Part shown: positions 1-11,300 of the stretch, in pieces
How positions within the stretch are numbered: position 1 is the first letter of the stretch
How the letters are laid out: the number at the start of each line of letters is the position of its first letter
Program-made: the position numbers and the translations under genes
The notes under the pieces: model-generated
Told to the model about the DNA's origin: nothing
The model's database searches: none
The model's input: only the letters and a program-made list of their open reading frames with translations
Assembly (NCBI RefSeq): GCF_964204645.1
Contig: NC_134030.1
Location: forward strand, 3,080,778-3,144,777
Reading direction: 5' to 3'
Length of the DNA: 64,000 nt
DNA from: Tubulanus polymorphus
Lineage: Eukaryota; Animalia; Nemertea

Positions 1-2018
1 TAGATTTCCTGATTCCCTGAGTTTTCAAGGTCAGTGGCCACTCTTACAAATGAATCAGAAAAACTATTTCTGCACTTAAGTTATAATACAAAAATAAAAG
101 GTGTTTATTTCAATAAATGTCATAAAATTCATTTAAGCTAAGGACCCATTTTCCAAAGTTTTGAGTCCATCAGAAATCAATTAATTTTAGTAAAATAGCC
201 CATACATTCGGACACGGAAAATAAATGATAAGATCGAAATCAACAAGAATTTAAAAGATTTAAAGAAACATTGATTAATCATGATTTAAAAGATATTTCA
301 GGCTCTGTCTAGAGACCATTGCTAGGTGTGATTATTCAGACTCATCAAACTGCAGTCAAATCAGTGAACAGCGTTTAGTAGGTCGTAGTGAAAAATTCCA
401 CGAATATCATCCAACAAATAGTAAAGTTTTCTAGAAATCGAAACAAAGACATTATTCTTAAACGAATTTCGAAAGTACTGAATAATTTCAAAATTCTTAC
501 CTCGACATTTTGAATATCTATTTTGCCCGCGTTGTTATTCACTTTGAAAAACGGCAAATGAAATGTTTTTGATACGAATCCAATCATTTGAGTTTATATT
601 GTATCACAGCGCGACAGACAGATACACCATCCGAAATCCTACACACATAACCATCGATGAAACAATGTGTAATGATGATAATATAGAAAAAAATTCCCAC
701 ATTCAGAAAGAAAATGAGTCCTTTTTAGTTAATATTTCAACTATCTTCAAATAGTCATCTACAGGAATAATCATGTTACAACAAAATCATGAAATAACCT
801 TATTATTTCTTTGTAACATCGATATTCCTAAAGATGACTGATATAGTCGAAACGTTGAAAACCTTTTCGAAGTGTGGGATTTTTCCTGTATTATCCTAGA
901 CAAGCGACTTCCTTACAAACTGAGAACTTCCATTGGCTGCAGTTTATACTAGACAAAACGATATTTTCTTAACATTATATTACTCCAGTCTCTATTGTTA
1001 AGTGCATTAGGTGACAATTATTTGAAATGTCGGCACTATTGACACAAACAAAAAAATCTCTCACTTGACGAGACAATCACTTGACTCTTTAGTCTATCTA
1101 CTGCATGCAATACTAGGCACATTTCAAAGAATTGGTCCGGTCCTGTGTGGTTTAATTATTCCTTTCTTACAGACTTTCGTGTTGCGAAGGAATAAAATCT
1201 CTTTGCAAATGTTTCTATGCCATAAAAAATCCCCCGAAATAGCAATAAATGATTTAATCACCGAATTCAACTATTACTACAATAGACAAGGCTCCCCAAG
1301 TCGGATCCGATCAACTCGGATGTCTTACCCAATTACATATCATCCAACTGAGATATCACTCTCAAATCAGACAGATTTTGCATGTTCACCGAAGTCTACT
1401 GTATCATCCTACTCAATTATCACGTCATATTTCAAATTTTCACCATCAAAAAAATCTAAAAGTTTATCAAGACCCTTTAAACTGCACAGCATACGATATA
1501 ACCGTCTTTTTACAATTCAATTCTAGAATAAACCCGGGACAGAAGATCAAAGAGGTCAAATGAAAGTGCTACTCAAATTCACCGAAGGACCCTATATTAG
1601 ATGGATGTATAATATACATATTTCAATAGAGTGAGAGTGACGTCAATAGCTCCTTCACCGATGCACAATCCATAGATCTAAAGGAAACAATTCTATAAAG
1701 AACTGTTATAGGTACGTTCTTCAACAAGTTGCACCCAGTTATTCCTACAAATCTGACATATCTAGGGCTTCTCAACTGACATCAACGCAATGCGGAAAAA
1801 TAACGCCGTAGTTCAGCGAAAATGAAATCAGCAACCGGAAGAAAAAACAAAAAATCAGTTTAATACACCGTACACAGGTAGTCAACATTTTAACTCAATT
1901 CCTCATTGAATTTATGTTAGAAAAAATGCATTAAACTTTTATAGTTTTTCTTCTGCTGATTTCTGATTTTTTCACTAACAGCTAAACACGACCTGTCTAT
2001 GAAAAATCACCACTGTAC

Positions 2019-2152
2019 CTGTTGTCCTAATGTTGTATTCACAGAAGCACGACTCGCTGGAGTGCTGTTACCCTTGGTCGAATGAGGCGAATGAAATTTA
2101 TTGGTTTTTCTATGATGACCATCTCCGTCTATACTGGCCTCATCATCCGAAC
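2019..2152 (-). CDS. STARD3: STARD3 linker exon (GSDDEASIDGDGHHRKTNKFHSPHSTKGNSTPASRASVNTTLGQQ)
   Basis: cag acceptor, CAG|gtacag donor, open frame, phase 1-0; GSDDE aligns with recalled human GSDNE. Confidence 0.85.
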
Positions 2153-5100
2153 CTGAATTCATAGATAAAAATACAAATCTATGGTTGCAGTGCAGAGACA
2201 GAAATATGAGAAACTATTGACACGAGTAAAGTTGTAACTGATTTATCATTAACACATGTTGCAAATCTATCAAACATCTACGATATTAAAGAAGTGACGA
2301 AAATCTGTTAAACTGACATTTCAAGGACAATGCTTCTACACATCTTTAGAACTCTATTTGAAAAATAGATAATATCTCCTCCTTTTTCAAATAAATTTCT
2401 GGGGATGGCTGCATAGACGGGACTTAGGTCCGTAAGTGGTCTTAAATCTTAAGTTGTTAGTTTGAATATGCAACTAAGTTGGTCTTAAATTGGTCTTCAA
2501 GTGTAAGCTATGACTATGCAACTGGCCTCTAAAGATGCATTCTACCCGGAACGTCGATGTAACAGATCTTCAATATTACGAGTGTGTTTGATGTAACTGA
2601 CCTCCTCGAGACATGATCGGTGAATAGTAATATTCAGCGGTATCGTATCGTAGATTCGGCGCTCCGTTTAATAACGGTTCGCGTTCGCTGTTTGAGATAG
2701 CAAGTACTGAAACAAACATACAACAAACATTTCAATCCTAGACGAGTTGGGAGGAGCTGCATCCGACTTGAGGAGCAACATCAGGAGCTGAGATAAGCTT
2801 TCTGAATGCAGGTATGTTATCAATCTGAAACCTGATACCACCCCAAACAATCAATATTGTAGTGAAGTGTGGATGATCAGTTTATCAAAGTGTGCTGATA
2901 AAATGTCACTAATGTCTGATGTTTTTAGTCCTGAACACATGAAGCCAGGCTGAGAGAGATGTGGAGTCCACACCAAAGGGGTACAGGATCCAGGAATGTC
3001 TGGTGTCAGTAGCTCAGATGAATTCCTGAACACATGAAGCCAGGCTGAGAGAGATGTAGAGTCGGCACTGAGATGGTACAGGATCCAGGATGAACGGTGC
3101 ACGATCCAGACTGCAAATTGAAACCCGTCTTAGGCAATTGTTTACTTACAGCGGTCATGCGCCTTCTTCTCTTGACGGAGAACTTTAAAATCGAGGAACC
3201 AAGTCTCGGCCCAAGCCATAGTGAATGACACTATCAACACGACATAATCCATCGCATTACCCGTACTGCCTTTATTCTTACCCGGAAACTGAGCAACAAA
3301 TAGAGAATATATACAAATTAGTTGATAAAATAGAGATCGGTTTCACTTTGCGGATTCAGTTCTATGGCATCGGTTAAAACAGAGTCCATACGGATCAATC
3401 ATTCCCGGATATAAGGAATTTTGGGCATTTTGCTCAAATCAAAGGAGTGTCAACCATCTTTAATGCATTTTCTTTTGAAAAGGAGTCCTTACGGAATCAA
3501 GGAGTCTTAGGGACTCTGTAAGATCTGACTTTAAACATTGGAAATGAACTGATTTTCACTTTAAGAGTCTTTGTCCGTTTCTAATATTTCAACCCTAGCA
3601 TCAGACTTAAACCGATAACGCTTAATAACTAGGTGTGTACTTACATCGTATAGAAATACTTTAACTAGCAGAAACACGCAGGTAGCGAACGTAGTCAACT
3701 GAAAATAAAAACACCAAATATGACAATATAAAACTGGAGGTATATACCGGTATATATAGAGTATATATGGGTGAAACTGGTTTATTCAGTATGATTAATG
3801 ACTTACTGCTACCATCCATGGTTTCGTTGATCTAAACAAGGCATACGCTAGTTCAATTACAACAAATCGAATTAAGGCCAACATCTGAAAAACAGAGTAT
3901 GATAAATATCAGTTACATATATATCGATCGGACTGACCATTGAATGGAGCATCAATGATACATTCAAAAACAAATACTAACCACTGTATCGAATAATGAC
4001 GTATGGAAATCATATTTAGCTACTTCAGCCTCGAGAGCTTGCCACACGGACCCCAAACCATTCAGCTTTAAAAATACAATACATCAACGCATATCATTAC
4101 AGCGCACTCTGTTTGACTCTGATCTCACAGGGATAGAGAATTCTGTGGCAGTCGCAGCGTCGATGGATCGTCATCATCGAGTTAGAGAAGGAAAGTCTAA
4201 TCCAAATGAATCTTATCCGTGGCAACAAACGTCCAGTTTGTCTAGAGCAAACAGCATGGGGCCAGTTGTTCAAAAATTTGTTAGAGTCAACAAGTGGATA
4301 ATTGAAATAGCGACGATCAAAATGGTAATGATCCACCAGTTATCTTTAACCGACATTTTGAGCAACTGCAGCAACTGATTTTTGAATTGAAAAAGATGTT
4401 TGGTAGAACACTGAGACTGGTTGACTATTTACGTACCTGTGTATAGATGATCCACAGAATAAAACTGAGTATCAAATCAAACAGCGCGATTAAACAGAAC
4501 GTTCGTCTAACGGCTGATATTTTTCCATCTCTCGTCGTAACATCATCTAACGATACACTGCTAAAAATACAAATATACACAACACAGAATCATTCATTGA
4601 TCAACTATTCACAATTCATTTCACATGAACTACGTACAAAACATAATGAATTTGTTGGTGATTTGTATCACCAGTTTTCTTGAACGCTAGAAGAACTTGA
4701 TGATTATCCATTTTTACTGACTGACAATGAACGACACTCAAATATCAATAATAACCGCCCGAGTCTAAAAGACTCTTTGTGTTTGTTATCAGCAGTGAAT
4801 ATCTGTTGGTCAAAGGTTCGATAGATATTTAGACATCGAAAACATCTAAAAAATCTTGATAAGAGGTTCAAAAAAAGTACGTAATGAATACTGCTCGCAG
4901 CACGATATAGCCCTAGTCAGTTTGATTTTCTATTACCTGTGTGTCGTAGCGCTGTAACTACCACTACCACTGTTATATAGAAGATGACCCGCTTGAAGCG
5001 CCCGCGCATCCCTTTGAGTCAACATCTCGCCCTCACTCTACAAAAAAAAAGTTATTGATTAAATTCATTATTCCAATTCACGTGTCACTAGTGTCATGGA

Positions 5101-7587
5101 ATAATAGGATATATAACTGTCATATCACTAGTAAGTGTCGTATAAAATAAAAGTTTTGATTTTAGATTGAAAAATGAAGTTTGTTCAGTATTTTGTGAGG
5201 TCGCCGTGTGTGGAGCCAGCGGCCATGATCTTTATAAACGTATCAGTACCAAGGCATTTTTTCTCGGATTTATTGCAGAATAACGAATGAAAACACAAAT
5301 ACACTATCAAAAACCCCAGCAACTGTATCCCAAGCCCATTGGCGAGTGCCTGTGTACTAAGATGATACTCCGTAAGGGGCTGTTCATAAAATACCTAAAT
5401 AATGCCAAATTGATTGTCATTTTAAACATTACGTTCATAAGGAGAAGTGACCGATCTTCACGTATCTTTTCGATACTATTCAAATCCAATTAGGACATCA
5501 GAATTGAATAAAATATTGTATATACACAATGTACATCATATCACTATTCATATAATAAAACTTCTGTATTTGAAAAAAAAAACAATCTTGTACCCCATCT
5601 CCTCTCATGGATACATACACATGAATGACCCCTAGGCCCATATAAACTGATATGGTTGGGTGCTTATATTTATAATACATAAACTAAATAATAATAGCTG
5701 ACTTGTTATTCAGGTACCTATTAAGGGAACTGGAAAAATAATTCAAGACCTACCAGGCAAAGACATTTGAAACAAGTCCCACACATTTTCAGTTAGACTG
5801 TTGAAAATATTAACTATTGAAATTATAGTATCTCATTCAATAAACCGATCTATAATAAATCCATGATCTTTCAGTCGAGTAAAATAATTTTTTCGATGAT
5901 TTAGGCTGACATTGTTAAACCGGTAGTTCGATTATACCAGGTGATCTCGTAATCAGTATAAGGAGGACAAAGTCTAGAGTAAGTCAGTATTCTAATGTAA
6001 CGACACACATTCTAAGTAAACAACATTGATATGAATGTGGAATGATGATATTTTTTACACTCATTGACTGACCATAATCTGTGAATACTAGATTCTGGAC
6101 TAGTCACTAGACTATGGTCCCGAATGGGTCTTTCAATACTGAGCAGCCTTTAAAAACTCACTGACCAGCCTTCAACTCATTGACTAGTCATAAAACGCTT
6201 TGACCAGCTATAAAACTCATTTGATTAGCTTTGAAACATGTTGACCAGCTGTAAAACACAGCAACCAGCCCTCGGCCTCAACTACCTGACCAGCCAAAAC
6301 ACCTTTTGACCAGCTAGACTCATTGACCAGCTCAGCTTAAAAATCGTTTCCAAGATTCTTAACATACTCTAATCTAGTCTATATCTATCAATCATTACTG
6401 TTGGTTAGTGTCATAATTACGTCTAATGATTCAAAACATACCAAGGGCCAAGGCTGCATAGATTGTGTCATTGTATAGTGTAAAAATCAGGATTTCAGTT
6501 TCGGGTCAATGTCAGCGTTGCTAAAGGTCCAGGGTCCATTCCTGATTCTGGGTGCAGAATATTTTCACACGAACAACAATGTCAAAAACGAAACTTCACA
6601 ACTGCTGCATGCAAAGAGAGACAGAGAGAGAGAATCATAAACATACTCTATTTATAGACATGGTTGGTTTGACAGAGACGGAACACTACAGTGCATCGAC
6701 GACGAGCTCAAGAGATAACCAGACAATCTCTGATAATCGTGACTTTTGAACGAACGATATCAATGACTGACCATTTCACCATCGATTTAGTTCCGGGTTC
6801 GACATCGCGTGACAAAATGACCTGATTTCAATGTCTTCGCAACCGAAAACTCGCATGCCGCAGCTGGCTCCTCAGTCGAACCGGCTTGTGCTGCCTCAAC
6901 CTAGACTCACATGCCACAGTTAGTTAGAAAATTAACCCGGTTGGTGCTGCCTCAACCTAGACCAACATGCCACAGTTAGCTAGTTCATAAAATCATAGGA
7001 ATGCAAAGAACTCTTAACGTTAAAACTCTTTCTAAAAAGTTTCTTTTTGAAAATTTCGTTATGATTTTGCAAATTTTCGACGCATGGAATTAATAGATAG
7101 CAGAGTTAAAACGAAGTGAACTGGAAGAACACAACTTTCGGCGTTTTGGCTCCGACCGGCGGAGCTGAGGAGCCTTAAGCACCAATATGATTCATTAGAA
7201 ATAAACCCGAAAAGATGCATTTTCCGAGAGAGTGTCATGCGGGGGTTTTCACTGTCTTGCCGGAAACGTCAACTTCAATCGAAGGCAGGTTCCGTTGTTC
7301 CGTTTTTAACTCGTGCGGTGTGGTTTTATGGGTCCAGTGGTGTCAGAACGATCCATGGATGACCGTCGTTCAGTTATCCCCGGGTCGAGTCTTGCAAGGC
7401 CGGGAAATTTTGCGCTTGGGTTAGGTTTGAAATTTTGTTTGAATAATTTTCTAAACTATTATTTGTGAAAGTTTTAGTACTGAAACGCGTGTAGGTCCAA
7501 TCAATCGCCAAGAACCAAATTGTCTTTTTAGATTTATTGGGTTGGTCTCAGGGGTCCGGAACCCCGCCTTCCCATTGAAGTTACCAT
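2019..7587 (-). CDS. STARD3: STARD3/MLN64-family late-endosomal sterol-transfer protein, 5' part (MENTAL domain + FFAT-like linker); partial, continues left of window
   Basis: Exons 7587-7585 (ATG only, tentative), 5037-4937, 4560-4437, 4065-3982, 3884-3807, 3698-3645, 3288-3150, 2706-2602, 2152-2019 join at GT-AG introns in compatible phases (822 nt, 274 codons, no stop). The product contains ISAVRRTFCLIALFDLILSFILWII, YDFHTSLFD, LALIRF..LAYAL, FLLVKV, IVSFTMAWAETWFLDFKVLRQE and YYSP..S.GGSDDE, matching the recalled STARD3/STARD3NL MENTAL signature. No START exon was found in 1-2018, so a STARD3NL-like gene cannot be excluded. Confidence 0.93.
2602..2706 (-). CDS. STARD3: STARD3 exon (LAISNSEREPLLNGAPNLRYDTAEYYYSPIMSRG; FFAT-like region)
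   Basis: tttgtttcag acceptor, GAG|gtcagt donor, 105 nt, phase 1-1. Confidence 0.9.
3150..3288 (-). CDS. STARD3: STARD3 exon (DYVVLIVSFTMAWAETWFLDFKVLRQEKKAHDR)
   Basis: cag acceptor, gtaagt donor; carries the strongly conserved AW.ETWFLDFKVL.QE motif. Confidence 0.96.
3645..3698 (-). CDS. STARD3: STARD3 exon (LTTFATCVFLLVKVFLYD)
   Basis: ttttattttcag acceptor, gtaagt donor, 54 nt, phase 0-0, hydrophobic. Confidence 0.95.
3807..3884 (-). CDS. STARD3: STARD3 exon (MLALIRFVVIELAYALFRSTKPWMVA)
   Basis: tttttcag acceptor, gtaagt donor, 78 nt, phase 0-0. Confidence 0.95.
3982..4065 (-). CDS. STARD3: STARD3 exon (LNGLGSVWQALEAEVAKYDFHTSLFDTV)
   Basis: aag acceptor, gttagt donor, 84 nt, phase 0-0; matches MENTAL Y.F.TS.FD loop. 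Confidence 0.92.
4437..4560 (-). CDS. STARD3: STARD3 exon (KISAVRRTFCLIALFDLILSFILWIIYTQ, first TM segment)
   Basis: Acceptor tttttag (tandem TAG/CAG), donor CAG|gtacgt; MENTAL signature RRTFCL. Confidence 0.95.
4937..5037 (-). CDS. STARD3: STARD3 exon (SEGEMLTQRDARALQAGHLLYNSGSGSYSATTH; alternative start ATG at 5025)
   Basis: Acceptor tttttttttgtag, donor AG|gtaata, open frame, phase-2 end fits the next exon. Confidence 0.8.
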
Positions 7588-8274
7588 TTTCGTCAATATG
7601 GAAATACGTAGCTAACCTGCAACTTGGCACTTTTAATCACCCAATCAGAATTTGATCTTTTAGGATGTATTCTTAAAAGATCGCGATAAAAGAATGTGTA
7701 TCATCACCAAGGTGGCCTCCAAGTGGCTGCATTCCGAGAAATGTCTTCTTTGCTTCCGATTTTCTTTCCAATTTTCCTTGGCCACAACGGTTGTACGATA
7801 CAAGGATAAGGGAGGGACCTCGCACATCAGATCGTTCTACCAGTATTAGATTTTTCTTTAAATTATTTGAATTTATTTTCGCGGGAAACAAGCGATACGG
7901 CGAAATGATGACAAACATGCGCCGTACTATATACAGTGTGCTGAAAGCCATTGTGGGTGGAGACTGAGCCCCTCTAATACTATAACATTTTTGATAAGAG
8001 AGTGCGCGTTACATCAGCATCCTGCCTGCTGCATCTGTGCAGCTATTTCAGGAGCAAAGGTAGCGCATCTGTTCTTTTTGTGCGCTGAGTCTCGTGTTGA
8101 AGCTGTTGTGTGTGTGTGTGCCGGAACGCCGTAGAGGAAGTGAGCGCGGATACTCGTACGAAGCTCTGGAACCGGTTGGGATAAAGTTTTAAAAAGTTTA
8201 GTTCTCGCAGTCGCTTCGTCTCGCGGTGATAATAGTATATATATCATAACGTGAAAAGAAAAGACTAAATCGAA
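7588..8274. promoter_or_regulatory. Putative bidirectional promoter / 5' UTRs between STARD3 (-) and the Ig-FN3-GPI gene (+)
   Basis: Under 700 bp between the two inferred start codons; locally CpG-rich; CCAATCAG at about 7641, ATCGCGAT palindrome at about 7680, GGAAGTG (ETS-like) at about 8136. Depends on the tentative STARD3 first exon. Confidence 0.55.
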
Positions 8275-8338
8275 ATGTACGGATTAAATCTGTTAATTGT
8301 GAGTTTGGGGATCATCACTGTCAGCCTGGCTGTAGTAG
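8275..8338 (+). CDS. Ig-FN3-GPI gene exon 1: signal peptide MYGLNLLIVSLGIITVSLAVV
   Basis: gaaATG context, hydrophobic 21 aa, donor G|gtaagt in phase 1 matching exon 2. Confidence 0.85.
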
Positions 8339-11300
8339 GTAAGTTGAAGTTTCATCGCGTGTGGTTGAAAGAATGGTCGGTAAATGATTTTTGTGGCAGG
8401 GAAGGGGTAGATGGAAGGAGACAGATGGATGGGGAAGAACCATAGGATTAACCTTGACTCTCCCCATTCTAGATTCTGAAAATAATCCATTTCTATATGG
8501 GATCTCACCAAAACGCTACGCAGATTTTATAATATCTTGTTAGAATTAAACTTAGGTAACATTAAGAGTATATCATCACACCCATTCAAATCAAAGAATC
8601 TTTTATACCCCAATGCTTGAATCAAATAATACATTACAACTTTTAAGCTTATGATAACAACCAAATTACGTAAGGTCCTTATTGAAACTATATATATCTA
8701 GTTTTCACCCCAGGGCTATAATAACACAGAGCCTAAAGCTCATAGACTTTCAGGAATCTGGCAGAACAACTGCTGTGAGTTGATGCTGTAATATATTTTC
8801 TCAGTGAGATCCTAAATTTAACTTACATTCGACTACAGAATTTTTGACAGCTGACATGAAAGGAGTCTGGGCCTCAAACAGCGATTGAAAACTATATATC
8901 TGGAGAGGTTTTTTGTTGAAAAGTCTAGATAGAAGGTTATTTTATTTTATGAAGACACAAATTAATAGTTGGCTGGTTGCACAGTTCTGGATGAAAATTT
9001 TTAACTACTCAACTGTTTACAACTGGATCCTGTTCGAGAAAGTCATTCAGGCCGATCTTGATTTTTAGGTCACTGAAATCGTTAGTATAAGTAATGATTA
9101 TTTCGTTCCATGAAACCAGGCCCTAGGGATGAATAATTTACAATCAAGTCCACGAAACTAGCCATAGATTAATTCATGATTTTATCATCTGATCTTCATG
9201 TTAGAATGAATGAGTATTTTCTCTTGAGTTTGAACGGATAGAAGACTGGATTCATTGCTTCAGAAAACAGTTTTTTTTATGCTTGAAGACATGAAACTCA
9301 TCGCAGATGATGTTTGCTGATTGTGATGTCGCTTGTCTGAAGCTCAATAGCTCCCCGGGGGGATTATAAATTGTTTTTCGAATCAAACATGTTATTAGTG
9401 TTTGCCCATTTAAAGCATTCCATCAAGTTTATGTTTCTGATCTCCTCTAAAATGGGAATACTTACATGAAATGTGTACGTTTAATAGGCTCTTGTGTTCT
9501 TCAGCTATATGCATGTGAAGAGAAAATATTCATTGAATGGTGAACTATATCTTGAAAGAGCTAAAAAAAAATCTCATTTTGTCAATAGAGGTAAAACAAG
9601 CTCATTCGAAAAATGATTTCTTCACTATGGAAAAATCTGATCATTGGCATTACTCGCTCTGCATGTGCTACAAATTAACAGGCCTGTTATAATCTGTAGC
9701 CTATGCTGAAAGAAAGAGCTGTAAGAATTTGAGCTATCTATATTGGAAAGCTAAAACTGTTTACAAAAATAACAACTCCCCATCTAGAACACCTAGCCAT
9801 CATCTCCAGATGTCATGAAATATATCCGAGTACAGACATAAAGCAATGGCTGCAGTTCCTTATTGAACAGACAAAAAGCACGATTGAAAGATGTTCAGGC
9901 AAACATGATATCGTGATGTACCAGTCAAATGTACTACTATACTGACACACCCTCGGAAACTTGACTGGGCCCTAGACCATATTTCTCTTAACTTCGGTAA
10001 AAAAGTTTTGGACCACCAAAAGTAAAGGGTCCATACCGATAATTTGACTTAATAGATAGAAAAATGAAAAGATAATGACTTAAAGAATGGACATACGCAA
10101 TACAATCATTATTCAACTCGATTTGTAATGTGGCTTACTCAGTTGAATATAACAGCCACAATTAGGTAGTTGTTGGTGAGTTATTGGACTGGTCCCCGCA
10201 GACCGCAGGCTGTATTTACTATCTATTAACGTTGAATGGTAAATCGTTTGTAATGGCCGATGACAAACAAAAGAGACAACGACAGGTCTATTGCCGGGTC
10301 TGTCTGTCGCGGGTCCACGTGTTTTTATTGCGTTTCAATGCTCGTAGTGTTGATTAACCTGAGTGACTTTGATGGGTCGAGGGGGTAATTACTATCGAGC
10401 ACCGCCCACCATCTCTTTTCTCTACCGGTAAAAAATTATCTCGGACATTAAAGCGGCGTATATGTACCTCCTATCGGTGGCCGGGTGATACATGGTCTGA
10501 GTAATCGCTGTTGATAGATGTGCAATGCGAGATTACATTGTATTATGGATGATCCTAATTTAGATAAATTGCTTAAAAACTCATGCATGATGAATAATCG
10601 GATACCGTGGACCTGGAGAAGTAATGATTTCACCTTCATTTTGTTTTCCGTTTCTGTGAGATTTACCAACAAAAGTGCAAAGAACTATCATCAACGACTG
10701 GATTTAAGAAAAAATGAACAAATATCAACTTATTATTTTTTCTCTGGTGATCTTACATATATTTCTCCAAGATCTTTCGAGAGTTGATTGATTATGCTAA
10801 AGTTACATGAAATAGGGATCTATACTAGTTGAAACGACATAAGTTTTCGAGTACGTAAGCTTGATAAAAACCCCTACAAGCTAAGGTATATAAACCTGTA
10901 TAATATGAGTCTGATGGTGGCATTGTTTATTGATAGCGCTGTATACAAACACTTACATATAAAACAATGCGAAGGGAATCTTATAAACATTTAGCGCAAA
11001 ATTCTATGTAGTTTTTTTCACGTATAAAGGTGGTGGCAGCATTTGTATGTCTGTACTTTTTTTGAGTATGTATCTGACTACTGTTTGTAGACACTCCAAA
11101 TTTTGACCCATAATGGAATTTTGGGCCGATCTGAAAATGTGGTTTTTTGTCATTCTTTTGAAATTTCCTAAGTTTGAGTCATATGTATGTAGCCTGCCAC
11201 ATATTATTCAAGTAGATAAGGAGAAGAAATGCGTGGCCTACCTAAACTAGAGTATGCTTAGCATGAATGCTTGATGCTAAACCTGAGTGTTTTGTCCTGA

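Noticed and set aside
500-587. Next STARD3 exon (donor GAG|gtaaga at about 500)
   Set aside because: Translation shows no START-domain similarity and no convincing acceptor
1065-1526. 153-aa plus-strand ORF
   Set aside because: TTG start, no motif, antisense within the inferred STARD3 intron
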